Positions 10,355 through 19,926 of a stretch of DNA of 64,000 nucleotides are shown here, piece by piece. The notes beneath the pieces are model-generated. The model was not told where the DNA came from. It made no database searches and worked only from the letters and a program-made list of their open reading frames with translations. Every line of letters starts with the position of its first letter. Positions within the stretch are counted from its first letter, which is position 1. The position numbers were made by a program, and so were the translations under genes. The DNA comes from an uncultured delta proteobacterium (GTDB taxonomy: Bacteria; Desulfobacterota; BSN033; UBA1163), in the NCBI GenBank assembly GCA_963827685.1, contig CAWHBU010000006.1, forward strand, positions 128,001 to 192,000, given 5' to 3'.

Positions 10355-11039
10355 CTTTCCCTTCCTTTGTTTGAAAGGATCTAACGCCAATTCTCGCTTT
10401 TATGACCTTGGCAATCAGGTAAGAGTATTTCTCCTGACACTCTCCGCAGAACTCAAACTCCGCAGGATTTTCGCACATGTCACACCGTCCCTCTATCTCT
10501 GGGAAGGCCATAAGCAAATCTTCATTGCTTTTGTAGTTCTTGAAAAGCCTGTAATCGGCCGCTGCAATACCGGCGTTCAGGTTGAGATGCTTCTCCGGCG
10601 CATAGGACCCGTCCAGCTTCCAGGATTGGTCAAGGGCCTTCAGGGAGACGTTAGGGTCAGCATGATCGACATGACCTTTTAACTTTTCAACCCTGTATTC
10701 TTGGGTCAATCCTTTCTGGTCCATCAGATCCGCTACGGCTTCTCTGACATCTGCTTTCTTCATGAGGTTAGTTCCCAGTGCCTTGGCGGATTCTCTCGAT
10801 GTAACCTCAAAAGTCTCAAGGCATGCCTGAGTTTTTGTCTTTCCATTGGCTACGGCTACAGCGAATTTCTGCTCTTTGGGGGTGAGCTTCTGTAGACTCT
10901 CGGGAGGGGGAACAAGCCTCTTTAACCGTTTCGTAATCGCAGCCGGTGATACTCCAAGGAGTTTCGCCGCTTCTTTCTGGTTATTGCCAGCTTTTAGAAG
11001 GGCAAGAAGATGGTTATCGTCAAATTTTCGCCTCTGCAC
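10344..11039 (-). CDS. terS: Terminase small subunit-like protein with N-terminal HTH
   Basis: HTH NQKEAAKLLGVSPAAITKRL; TerS-like LTPKEQKFAVAVANGKTKTQA...AKALGTNLMKK; overlaps the terL start. Confidence 0.75.
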   Translation of the reverse strand: MQRRKFDDNHLLALLKAGNNQKEAAKLLGVSPAAITKRLKRLVPPPESLQKLTPKEQKFAVAVANGKTKTQACLETFEVTSRESAKALGTNLMKKADVREAVADLMDQKGLTQEYRVEKLKGHVDHADPNVSLKALDQSWKLDGSYAPEKHLNLNAGIAAADYRLFKNYKSNEDLLMAFPEIEGRCDMCENPAEFEFCGECQEKYSYLIAKVIKARIGVRSFQTKEGKDGE

Positions 11040-11184
11040 TTATTTCCTCCTTGCCAAAGTTAATTGGTTAAAACAATTTACCATGGGTAGACTTGTAACC
11101 AATTCCGGAAAACAATGGGAAGGCTTTCCAGGTAACCTGTCTGAAAAATATGGTCGGCCTTCCCACTTCCCCACTACCCCAGAC

Positions 11185-11204
11185 TGTGCCCATAATTGTG
11201 CCCA
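11185..11204 (+). repeat. Putative integrase arm-type sites
   Basis: TGTGCCCA twice at 12-bp period, ~130 bp inside the att core. Confidence 0.5.
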
Positions 11205-11330
11205 CTGCATTTAAATTGATGCCAATTCCCACCAATCAACACCAACATTGATAAGATTCTTATCGTAAAGCTAAGGCTTGTAATGAATTGATTTTGGGGT
11301 CTTTTTAGTATTAGGTGAAAAATTAATGGT

Positions 11331-11377
11331 GGGACTGAAAATCCTCGTGTCCGTGGTTCGATTCCGCGACCCGGCAC
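11331..11377 (+). mobile_element. att site: 3' half of tRNA-Phe(GAA), right boundary of the left integrated element
   Basis: GGGACTGAAAATCCTCGTGTCCGTGGTTCGATTCCGCGACCCGGCAC has the anticodon arm, T arm and 3' acceptor strand; the 5' half and D arm are absent. Confidence 0.85.
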
Positions 11378-11386
11378 TTTGCTTTC

Positions 11387-11419
11387 AACTTAGGGCAATC
11401 TCAATTGCCCTAAGTTTTT
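11387..11419 (+). terminator. Rho-independent terminator (original tRNA terminator)
   Basis: 13-bp perfect stem AACTTAGGGCAAT/ATTGCCCTAAGTT followed by a T run. Confidence 0.85.
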
Positions 11420-11908
11420 AACTGACGGGATACCGCCTTCAGTTTAGTTCATATCTTTAATCCTGTCATTGTCAAACTTCCTCAGGCCAATATCGAATCA
11501 TCAGTAGACCAGACTGAGCCTTTCATGGTTACGATCAACGATCGGAATGAAGTGTCCCTCAAGAACCGGCCCAAGGACTTCAATACTTGAAGGAGTGGAA
11601 GGTCTGGGCATTGTTATCGAAGAAAAAACTCTTTAGAAAAGTTCCTATTCCCCATTTCATCCGCCTTTACACTAATTGTCAATTGAAGGGATACCCCTTA
11701 AATTTCATTAAGATGATTCAAAAAATTATCATTTTACTTTCCTTTAGACATATAACTTATTGAAACTACAAATAAATTATTTTTAATAAAAACGAATTTT
11801 TTTCTTGACATTTCCATATTTTGTGTTCTATTATATTCGTAAATCTAAATATAGAATACTTGTTGCCGTTTAGACTGGCTGCCAATAGGTGGAAAGGGGG
11901 ATTTAATA

Positions 11909-12046
11909 ATGAGTTATCTTATTTGTGACAAAAGGAAAGGAAGCCCAAAAATTCATGTCGAAGTTTGTCGGAGAAAGTGCAAACTTCTCCAAGAATGTAA
12001 GACCTACAAGGAATTTGTCGATAATTTGGAGAGAAAAGCTGCTTAA
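11909..12046 (+). CDS. 45-aa Cys-rich small protein (missed by the ORF track)
   Basis: MSYLICDKRKGSPKIHVEVCRRKCKLLQECKTYKEFVDNLERKAA; RBS AAGGGGG; TTGACA(11805)-18-TATTAT promoter upstream. Confidence 0.6.
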   Translation: MSYLICDKRKGSPKIHVEVCRRKCKLLQECKTYKEFVDNLERKAA

Positions 12047-12129
12047 ATACCCCCTGCCTGCGGTAAGCAGGTCTTCACGTCCCCTCCTTTCTGGTTGGGC
12101 CGGTTCCTTGAACGGAATCGGCCCTCTTT

Positions 12130-12867
12130 TTATCCTATATCTCCCCATTCATATTGAAGTATGCTGAGAAGGCAGAGGCTTGCTGTTTCAGCCCTTAATA
12201 TCCTCCTCCCTAATGTCACAGGGATGAATCCCGCTCCCTTCGCTTCATCAACCTCCGACTGATTAAATCCCCCCTCTGGCCCAATAATAAAAAAGATCTT
12301 TCTCTTCTCTTTTGATATTTCCAATACCTCTTTCAACTTGGTTCCCTCTCTCTCCCAGAGAACAAGACGCAGGTCCTCTATTGATGCAGTATGGAGCATA
12401 TCAGAGTAATTTTGGAGGGATTCAATCTTTGGGACTACTCCCCTTCCGCATTGCTTGGAGGCCTCAACGGCAATTTTTTCCCATCGATGATGGCGCTTCA
12501 GTCTTCTCGATTCTTCTAAAAGGAGGACTGAACGGGAAGAGAAAAAAGGAATGATCTCTTTGACCCCTAACTCCGTAGCCTTCTGAATCAGGTAGTCCAT
12601 CTTCTCACCTTTAAGCAGGCTTTGGGCCAGAGTCACTTCCAATAGAGAATCTCTTTTTGAAGAAAAAATATTTTGAATCTTAATCACAACAGAGGAGAGT
12701 CCTTCTTCCACAATTGTACCCTCAAGCTCCTTGCCCAAACCATCGAAGACAACAATTTCATCTCCTCCTTTGAGGCGAAGGACCTTTCGAATATGCTTCA
12801 CCTCATCCCCTTCGATCTTGAGCATCCCATTTTCAATCCGAGGTTGAGGAACATAAAATCTGGCCAT
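12130..12867 (-). CDS. rsmE: 16S rRNA m3U1498 methyltransferase
   Basis: HIRKVLRL, QKATELGV, IGPEGGF, LGRRILRAETA. Confidence 0.96.
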   Translation of the reverse strand: MARFYVPQPRIENGMLKIEGDEVKHIRKVLRLKGGDEIVVFDGLGKELEGTIVEEGLSSVVIKIQNIFSSKRDSLLEVTLAQSLLKGEKMDYLIQKATELGVKEIIPFFSSRSVLLLEESRRLKRHHRWEKIAVEASKQCGRGVVPKIESLQNYSDMLHTASIEDLRLVLWEREGTKLKEVLEISKEKRKIFFIIGPEGGFNQSEVDEAKGAGFIPVTLGRRILRAETASLCLLSILQYEWGDIG

Positions 12868-12871
12868 GATT

Positions 12872-13756
12872 CTAACTCTCGTTTTTTCTCCTAAAGGTAA
12901 AACAGACCCACTCCCCTTCCTGAGCGATGTTGATCCATCGTAGGAGTTCCGTTTTTAAGTAACATTCACGAAGTCTATCTTTTTCCTTCTCCAATATTCC
13001 TGACAGGATGAGAAAACCCCGGTTCTTGAGGTGGTCCAAAAGAGGCTTCCTCATTCTTCTCAAACTCTTGAGATCGATATTGGCTATGATGATGTCAAAC
13101 TCTTTTTGAACGCTCCCAATGCTTCCTTTTCTCAGCGTGACGATGTCCGAAACCTGGTTCTTCTCCACATTCTCTCTCGCATTCTCCAGAGCCACGCCAT
13201 CAATATCTATCCCCCAAACCTCTCTAGCTCCTAATTTGGCAGCGATGATGGAAAGAATCCCTGAACCTGTCCCCACATCAAGAACGGATCGCCCCCTCTT
13301 CTTGAGTCTCTCTTCCAGTGCCTGGATGCAGAGAATAGTGGTGGCATGGGTTCCCGTACCAAAAGCCATCCCCGGAGTGATATCAATGGGAATCTGGCCT
13401 CTTCTTAATCGAATCTTGGACCAGGGTGGTTTTACCAAAAACCTGGATGTCACCTCGACAGGTTTAAAAAACCTTTTCCAGTTCTCACCCCAATCCTGTT
13501 CAGGAAGAGAGGCCGTCCTAATTTGTGCACGGGGAGCTTCAGGGACGATTTTCTTCAGTGATTTCAAATAGCGATAGAGAGCATGAAGAATTCCTTTCTC
13601 TTTTCCCTCCTGGGGGAGATAAGTCCTGAACCTTAACCATTTTGAATCTCCATCAAGTTCTTCAATGCCCGTGGCTCCTTGCTCAATCACAAAATTTGAG
13701 ACAGCCTCTCCAAATTCTTTTGCGATGAGAAGTTCCACAACCAACCAACGCTTCAT
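12872..13756 (-). CDS. prmA: Ribosomal protein L11 methyltransferase
   Basis: PGMAFGTGTHATT, VLDVGTGSGILSI; adjacent to rsmE. Confidence 0.96.
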   Translation of the reverse strand: MKRWLVVELLIAKEFGEAVSNFVIEQGATGIEELDGDSKWLRFRTYLPQEGKEKGILHALYRYLKSLKKIVPEAPRAQIRTASLPEQDWGENWKRFFKPVEVTSRFLVKPPWSKIRLRRGQIPIDITPGMAFGTGTHATTILCIQALEERLKKRGRSVLDVGTGSGILSIIAAKLGAREVWGIDIDGVALENARENVEKNQVSDIVTLRKGSIGSVQKEFDIIIANIDLKSLRRMRKPLLDHLKNRGFLILSGILEKEKDRLRECYLKTELLRWINIAQEGEWVCFTFRRKNES

Positions 13757-13795
13757 AAGATTGCTTCGTCTTAATCCTAACCTTATAGACTCTTT

Positions 13796-14566
13796 TTAAT
13801 TCGCGGCTATAAATTCTCTGATCTTCTCATTGAAAGCCTGGGGTGATTCCATCATCACAATATGGCCGGCATTAGGAAGGATCTCCATCTTCGAACCTTT
13901 GATTCGATTGTGAAGGAATTGGGAATACTTTACAGGAGTGAGTTGGTCATCATCTCCACAGAGGATGAGCGTGGGGAGAACGATTTTCTCTATCTCATTA
14001 ATTAGGTCGAACTGATCACAGGCGAGGAAGTCACCATAGAGGACTTCAGGCTGACATCGCATCATCTCGTTGATGCCTTGCTCCATTAACTTCGATGGAG
14101 CCTTTGGAGAAACGGTGAATGGGACGATCTTTCGGACCGTCTCCTCAAAGTTATCCCTGATCCCTTCCAGAATCATTGGAAAAACTTTCAGCTTCGCACC
14201 AGTTCCTACCAAAACAATCCCCCTCATCACTTCCGGGTGAGTCAAGGCTAATGTCTGAACAATTGCTCCGCCCATTGAATGCCCGACGAGAAAAACTTTT
14301 TGTAAACCCAATGCTTTCAGAAAAGCATCTACATGCTCAGCATACCTTACGATCTCCTCCTCCCCTTCTCCCTCGGATTCTCCATGGCCAGGAAGCTCAA
14401 TGATGATCGGGTTGAATTCCTTCTCAAAATAGCCCTTCTGATAGCTCCATGTATACTGCCCTCCCCCTGCTCCATGGACGAAGAGAATGGTTTCCCTTCC
14501 CTCTAAAATACCTTTTCTCCCCGTCCAGTAACTGATCTGTTTTCCATTGATCCGAACGATTGGCAT
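13796..14566 (-). CDS. Alpha/beta hydrolase
   Basis: FVHGAGG, GHSMGG nucleophile elbow, AGHIVM; likely start MPIVRING. Confidence 0.9.
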   Translation of the reverse strand: MPIVRINGKQISYWTGRKGILEGRETILFVHGAGGGQYTWSYQKGYFEKEFNPIIIELPGHGESEGEGEEEIVRYAEHVDAFLKALGLQKVFLVGHSMGGAIVQTLALTHPEVMRGIVLVGTGAKLKVFPMILEGIRDNFEETVRKIVPFTVSPKAPSKLMEQGINEMMRCQPEVLYGDFLACDQFDLINEIEKIVLPTLILCGDDDQLTPVKYSQFLHNRIKGSKMEILPNAGHIVMMESPQAFNEKIREFIAAN

Positions 14567-15540
14567 GGGAACCTCCTTTGAACGAAATCGAAATAGGAAT
14601 GGATGGCTTCCAAGAGAGCGTTTTCCCCCCTTAATCCTGACAATTTTGAATGGAAGGAGGCGCAGCCAGGGAAGCCTTTCGTATACCAGTAAACGTGTCT
14701 CTGAAATTTTTTTACCGCCCATTTCTCGCCATAATAAGCTTCTACCAGGGTGAAATGATGATGAATCACTTTCTGCCTCTCCTCCAGAGTTGGAGTCGCC
14801 GGTCCTTCCTCCCACTCCCTTGAATTTTTAAAACTGAAGATCCAGGGATTTCCTAACGCCCCTCTACCAATCATCACCCCATCACAACCTGTTTCTTCGA
14901 TCATCTTCTTGGCCAAAAGTGGTGTTGTGATATCGCCATTTCCAATGACGGGGAGACGGGTGGCCCTTTTCACTTCCCTAATCAGATCCCAATCTGCCCG
15001 ACCGTGAAACCCTTGAACCTTTGTCCTGGGATGGATGGTAATGGCATTGAAACCACAGTCCTCTGCGATTTTTGAGATTTCCAGCGCATTTATATGTTCC
15101 CCATCCCACCCTGAACGGATTTTGATGGTCAGAGGGCTTCTCACTTCCTTCCTCACCTTTGTAAGAATTTCTTTCACCTTTTCTGGAAACCGCATCAGAT
15201 CAACCCCTGCTCCAGCTTCAACCACCTGTTTCGCCGGGCATCCCATATTGATGTCAATGGCGTCTGCTCCCATGGACTCAGCCATCTGAGCGGCTTCGGC
15301 TAACACCCCGGGGGTTGAGCCGAAGAGTTGGACGGAAACAGGATGTTCATCCTCTCCGATTTTTAAGAACGATTTCCCCTTCCGTAATAATCCATCTGCG
15401 CTGACCATTTCTGTAAAAACCAAACTGCAACCGTGCTCCTTTGCCATTTGTCGGAAGGGGTAATCCGTAATCCCCGACATCGGTGCCAAGAAAATAGGAT
15501 GATCGAATTCAAGATTACCAAGCCTCATAACAGATTTCAC
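14503..15540 (-). CDS. dusB: tRNA-dihydrouridine synthase
   Basis: LAPMSGITD, DINMGCP, IGNGDI, GRGALGNPW. Confidence 0.93.
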   Translation of the reverse strand: MKSVMRLGNLEFDHPIFLAPMSGITDYPFRQMAKEHGCSLVFTEMVSADGLLRKGKSFLKIGEDEHPVSVQLFGSTPGVLAEAAQMAESMGADAIDINMGCPAKQVVEAGAGVDLMRFPEKVKEILTKVRKEVRSPLTIKIRSGWDGEHINALEISKIAEDCGFNAITIHPRTKVQGFHGRADWDLIREVKRATRLPVIGNGDITTPLLAKKMIEETGCDGVMIGRGALGNPWIFSFKNSREWEEGPATPTLEERQKVIHHHFTLVEAYYGEKWAVKKFQRHVYWYTKGFPGCASFHSKLSGLRGENALLEAIHSYFDFVQRRFPCQSFGSMENRSVTGRGEKVF

Positions 15541-15596
15541 ATTTCGAATTTCGGATTTTTATTGCGCATTCCGCAATCCGCACTCTGCAATAAAAT

Positions 15597-16448
15597 TTAT
15601 TTCTTTATTTCGTTCCAGTGCTTCTTTATCGACTGGATCGCCTCGTCAATACGGAGGGGGTCTCCAAAATCGAGTCCTTCCTCTTTTAATCCCTTGAAGA
15701 GCTTCGTCAGGGTTGGCTCTTCCAGATTAAAGCTTCCCAGGTCCTTAAATTTCCCGAAAATCTCATCCGGTCTTCCCCGCTCGCTGAGATCACCATGTCC
15801 ATGCATGAGGTAAAGCACGTCCGTCACCTCAGACACCAATTCGACCTCATGGAGTGTCATGATCAGAGTGACCCCTTTCTCTCTGTTCAATTCATTCAAG
15901 ATCTGAATGAGATCCCTTTTGGACTTGGGGTCCAATCCGGTAAAGGGTTCATCCAGGATCAACAGGTCTGGCTCTAACACCAATGCACCGGCTAAGGCCA
16001 CCTTCTTCTTTTCACCGCCGGACAGGTAATGGACGATTTTTCCCTGGATCGACTCAATATTCAATCTTTCTATTACAGCCTTGGCCAGTGCTTCTGCTTT
16101 CGTCCCCTCCATGCCATAGTTCAGTGGGGCAAAGAGGATATCATCATAAACGGTGGGGCCAAGGATCTGCTCATCTACATCTTGCATGACGACACCTATC
16201 CTTTGTCTAATCTTGGAATATTCCTTTCCGGGATCCACTCCAAAAACCCTCACGCTTCCATCCTTCGGCACCAGCACTCCCAGGAGATGCTTGAGCAGAG
16301 TCGTCTTTCCACAGCCATTGGCTCCCAGAATCCCGACCCTTTCCCCCTGATTCACAATAAAGTCCAGGCCGCAAATCTGCACCTTCGTCATATCGGGATA
16401 GACATGGGTAATGCAATCCACTAAAACAATCATCTCTTCTTGCTTCAT
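15597..16448 (-). CDS. cbiO: ECF transporter ATPase (CbiO/NikO-like)
   Basis: GANGCGKTT, LSGGEKK, LDEP. Confidence 0.88.
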   Translation of the reverse strand: MKQEEMIVLVDCITHVYPDMTKVQICGLDFIVNQGERVGILGANGCGKTTLLKHLLGVLVPKDGSVRVFGVDPGKEYSKIRQRIGVVMQDVDEQILGPTVYDDILFAPLNYGMEGTKAEALAKAVIERLNIESIQGKIVHYLSGGEKKKVALAGALVLEPDLLILDEPFTGLDPKSKRDLIQILNELNREKGVTLIMTLHEVELVSEVTDVLYLMHGHGDLSERGRPDEIFGKFKDLGSFNLEEPTLTKLFKGLKEEGLDFGDPLRIDEAIQSIKKHWNEIKK

Positions 16449-16451
16449 CGC

Positions 16452-17078
16452 CTATTCTCCTCTGTAATGAATCTTCCCCTTAAATCCCCGGAGCACCATG
16501 GACTCATACATCTTTTCACTCGCATCAATCCCCTGGATGATGAGATGGCCAAAGGCATTTGAAATATTGATCAAACTCCTCCGGGGGTGTTTCCATTGAA
16601 TCCCTCCCCTGAGATAGAGGGCATGTTGTGTATCTTCCAGGACGGTCAGGAGGATAAAGATCGACCGGTAGGTCAAGAAAAGAGCTATCACAAAAGAAGA
16701 CGGAAGGACTCTCCCCAGGGCAGAAAAGATCGAAGGATAGGGTGTGGTAGCCAGGAGGAGAACGACTCCTGTGGAACCGCCGAGGACCTTCAAAAGGATA
16801 AGAAGAATAAAATAGATTTGAAATCCCGAAAGAAAGATAAAAAGAACAGCAAAGATGAGGGGATAGAGCGTGAGCGAAAATATCCTCACCGGAACCTTCG
16901 CCGTGAAATAAAGAGTGAGGAGAATACCATAAAGAAGGAGAAGTCCAGGAAGATTCCTCACGGTGACGATGACGAATAAAACAACGATCATCCCGATGAT
17001 TTTCAACTTTGGTGAGAGACGATGAAGGAAACTCTTTTTCTCCACAGCGATATAGTCTAAATAGGAAAGCTGAATCAT
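16452..17078 (-). CDS. cbiQ: ECF transporter T component (CbiQ-like)
   Basis: SFLHRLSPKLK, LRG motifs, hydrophobic; ATGA coupling to cbiM. Confidence 0.85.
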   Translation of the reverse strand: MIQLSYLDYIAVEKKSFLHRLSPKLKIIGMIVVLFVIVTVRNLPGLLLLYGILLTLYFTAKVPVRIFSLTLYPLIFAVLFIFLSGFQIYFILLILLKVLGGSTGVVLLLATTPYPSIFSALGRVLPSSFVIALFLTYRSIFILLTVLEDTQHALYLRGGIQWKHPRRSLINISNAFGHLIIQGIDASEKMYESMVLRGFKGKIHYRGE

Positions 17079-17803
17079 TGGGATTCCTTCTCTAAATGCA
17101 ATAAATCTGGCCTCAGGCGCCGGATATACCGAGCAATCAATGCGGTGATAACTCCTTCCAGAACCCATCCAATCAAACCCAAAGGAAGGACGATGGCCAT
17201 AAACCGTCTCAGATTTACTTTCTCTTCAGCGGCTTCCCCTGGATGATGCTCCTCCTTCTCTTTTGAAAAGTGGAATTCAAAAATCCCCTTACCTTCCTGA
17301 TGAATTAATTCTTCGTAATGCGATGCCCCCAGACTGACCACCCCGATCATGGCAAAGGTGGAAAAGAGTAAGGCGATGAAGGTGGCCAGAAAAATGGCAG
17401 GGGTTAACCTTTTGAAAACTTTCCACAAGAGGTGAAAAAGAAAATATCCCAGAACCCCTTCGATCGAGAGGGTGAGTGTGTTAAGCCCGATGACGGTAAT
17501 CCCACCATGTCCGAAAAGAGCCAGGATGACGTTGACGACAAAAGTAGCAAGAAAGATGAGAGAGGGTCCTAATAAGATTCCGGAAATGACCGTCAGGTTC
17601 ACATGATAAGCGATGGGGACAATTTCGAAGGAAGCACCCAAGACCATGACGGCAGCCATCATTCCCAGTAAAGGAAGACGCCTTGTTAAGTCCTCCTTTT
17701 TCATGGATCGCAAAAGGATCGTCCAAATCACGATTACCACAATGAAACCTGAAGCCCAAAGCCACAGAGGTAAAACTCCATCCGGAAGATGAATATGGGA
17801 CAT
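17075..17803 (-). CDS. cbiM: ECF Co/Ni S component (CbiM/NikM)
   Basis: N-terminal MSHIHLPDG metal-binding motif, FGHGGIT. Confidence 0.88.
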   Translation of the reverse strand: MSHIHLPDGVLPLWLWASGFIVVIVIWTILLRSMKKEDLTRRLPLLGMMAAVMVLGASFEIVPIAYHVNLTVISGILLGPSLIFLATFVVNVILALFGHGGITVIGLNTLTLSIEGVLGYFLFHLLWKVFKRLTPAIFLATFIALLFSTFAMIGVVSLGASHYEELIHQEGKGIFEFHFSKEKEEHHPGEAAEEKVNLRRFMAIVLPLGLIGWVLEGVITALIARYIRRLRPDLLHLEKESQ

Positions 17804-17822
17804 CGATCTCTCCGTTCAACAT

Positions 17823-17927
17823 GAATCCAGAATCCAGGAGTCAGAAGTCAGAATTAAAAAATAAATTCCACTCGTCCGGCTTAAGGTTATTCAAACTCCT
17901 ATTCTGGATTCTGTCTTCTGAATTCTG
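17823..17927. repeat. Inverted array of 7-bp tandem repeats
   Basis: GAATCCA-GAATCCA-GGAGTCA-GAAGTCA-GAATT facing ATTCTGG-ATTCTGT-CTTCTGA-ATTCTG. Confidence 0.65.
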
Positions 17928-17932
17928 CCTGT

Positions 17933-18352
17933 TTAATGCTTACAGGCTTTGCAAAACCCAAAAAAATTCAATTGATGATCGACCACCTGATAACCTGTGG
18001 ATTCCGTCACCTTTTTCGACCAATCCGAAATATCGCAGAAATTCAATTCGACCACATTCCCGCACGCCTTGCAAATAATATGGTGATGGTGGTCTTCTAA
18101 CTCGCAGAGTTTATATTTAACACTCGAACCATTGATGATTTTAAAGACCATGCCCTGGGATTCAAAGAGATCAAGCGATCGATAGATAGAGGTCAATCCA
18201 ATCTTCTTCTGCTTTCTTAGAAGACTTTGGTAGAGTTCCTTAAGACTCAAAGGAGTTTTGGCATTGGAGAGTTCCTGATAAATTAAAAACCTTGGATGGC
18301 TCAGTCGAAGTCTTTTATCCTTAAATAGGCTTTTAAAAAATCCTTTATTCAT
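17933..18352 (-). CDS. Fur-family metalloregulator (Zur/Nur-like)
   Basis: SIYRSLDLF, HHHHIICKACG, C-terminal CKAC; first gene of the ECF operon. Confidence 0.92.
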   Translation of the reverse strand: MNKGFFKSLFKDKRLRLSHPRFLIYQELSNAKTPLSLKELYQSLLRKQKKIGLTSIYRSLDLFESQGMVFKIINGSSVKYKLCELEDHHHHIICKACGNVVELNFCDISDWSKKVTESTGYQVVDHQLNFFGFCKACKH

Positions 18353-18370
18353 AATCAGTTAAGATTTGAA

Positions 18371-18415
18371 TGAAAATATTTTCAATAAGATAAACATTTT
18401 CTTTCCTACTGTCAA
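18371..18415 (-). promoter_or_regulatory. Promoter and Fur-family operator
   Basis: Minus-strand TTGACA-17-TATCTT; perfect palindrome TGAAAATATTTTCA (18371-18384) just downstream of the -10. Confidence 0.7.
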
Positions 18416-18555
18416 GACCCCCGCTTTGTCACGCCCTTTTTCACGCCCTTTTTCCCTTGACAACATACTTTGATCGTTACACAATTTCAACACGGAATTT
18501 CCTTTCCGCCATGGAAAATAGGGGCAGCACCCATTCAAATAAGTAGGGAGAAATT

Positions 18556-19200
18556 ATGAATATTGATATCCGATCAGCGAGGCCTGACGATGCGCCGTTC
18601 CTCGCATGGGTAATGCTTGCTGCATCACGATCGCATCTCAAATACGGGGTCTGGGAACATTATGTAGGAGGCACCGAGCAGGATTGTCTCTCCTTCCTGA
18701 GTCTCATTGCCACCACGCAAAAACCTCATTTGTTTCATTCCTCCACTTTTATTGTGGCAGAAACGAATGGGCAAAAGGTGGGTGCTTTAAGTGGCTATGA
18801 CCCAAAGGTCTTAGGTACGAAGGCCTTCGTACAGGCACTTCCAGAGGTTTTCCAAAAGTTAAATTGGACTACGGATGAACAAAAAGCTGCTGTCGAGCGT
18901 TATCGCCCGTGGATGACCTGTATCCCTGATGATGTTGAAGGGGCATGGGTTATTGAGAGTGTTGCAGCCCTCCCGGAGTACAGAAGGCAGGGTGTAGTGA
19001 GCAGGTTACTTGATGAAGTGCTTAATAGAGGCAGGAGAAATGGATTTAAACATGCACAGATAGGTGTCCTCATCAATAATACACCTGCCAGGCTTGCCTA
19101 TGAGAAAAGCGGATTTAAATTTGATAGTGAAAAAAGAAATCCAAGTTTCGAAGCAACTTTCGGCACCCCGGGTATAGCGAAACTTCTGCTTGATTTATAG
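18556..19200 (+). CDS. GNAT family N-acetyltransferase
   Basis: IRSARPDD, SVAALPEYRRQGV, NTPARLAYEKSGF. Confidence 0.9.
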   Translation: MNIDIRSARPDDAPFLAWVMLAASRSHLKYGVWEHYVGGTEQDCLSFLSLIATTQKPHLFHSSTFIVAETNGQKVGALSGYDPKVLGTKAFVQALPEVFQKLNWTTDEQKAAVERYRPWMTCIPDDVEGAWVIESVAALPEYRRQGVVSRLLDEVLNRGRRNGFKHAQIGVLINNTPARLAYEKSGFKFDSEKRNPSFEATFGTPGIAKLLLDL

Positions 19201-19321
19201 TTATACTCTTTCGAAAATAGAGGAAGCGTCCGTTCAGCAGAAATTATATGGGAGCTCAACTCTGAAACTGAGAGTCAACAGTTCGGCAGTCTGCCCGGAG
19301 ATTAGCCCGGTGGCTCTGTGT

Positions 19322-19903
19322 ATGAAGAATATCAAGTTGACCACTTTCATTAGTATCTTCGCATTGGTTTTGCTCAATACCGCTTACGGGGCTGAAACAT
19401 CTCCAACCGATCGTCCCGCACACTGGGCCAAACCGATTCAGATGAAAGGCGTTCCCAACCTTCACAAAGTCTCCGATACGCTCTATCGAAGCGCACAACC
19501 TTCTGCAGAGGGCATGAGAAACCTCAAAGCCATGGGAATCGAGACCATTGTCAATCTGCGTTCATTCCATTCAGACCGCGACGAGATTGGTGAATCTGGA
19601 TTGGCATATGAGCACATTACCATGAAGGCATGGCATGCGGAGGAAAAGGAAGCCGTAAAATTTCTGCAGATCGTCACGAATCCGAAACGTAGTCCGGTTC
19701 TTGTCCACTGCCAGCATGGGGCGGATCGCACTGGAACCATGTGCGCGCTCTACCGTATCGCGGTGCAAGGTTGGAGCAAGGAGGAAGCCCTAAAGGAAAT
19801 GACGCAGGGAGGATTTGGGTTTCACGGAATATGGGAGAATCTCATCCAGTGGATCAACGGGCTGGATATCGATAGAATCAAAAAGAGAGCGGGAATCAGT
19901 TAA
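19322..19903 (+). CDS. Secreted dual-specificity/tyrosine phosphatase
   Basis: Signal peptide from MKNIKL; YRSAQP; active site HCQHGADRTG. Confidence 0.88.
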   Translation: MKNIKLTTFISIFALVLLNTAYGAETSPTDRPAHWAKPIQMKGVPNLHKVSDTLYRSAQPSAEGMRNLKAMGIETIVNLRSFHSDRDEIGESGLAYEHITMKAWHAEEKEAVKFLQIVTNPKRSPVLVHCQHGADRTGTMCALYRIAVQGWSKEEALKEMTQGGFGFHGIWENLIQWINGLDIDRIKKRAGIS

Positions 19904-19926
19904 GGCATAGAACCACAGGCTGATTT

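Noticed and set aside
8732-11039. Complete prophage
   Set aside because: No portal, capsid, tail or lysis genes visible in the window
11331-11377. Intact tRNA-Phe gene
   Set aside because: 5' acceptor strand and D arm are missing; treated as an att duplication
14567-14815. N-terminal extensions in the ORF track (hydrolase here; also cbiQ, phosphatase, cytochrome, integrase)
   Set aside because: They overlap neighbouring genes or precede better RBS/ATG starts
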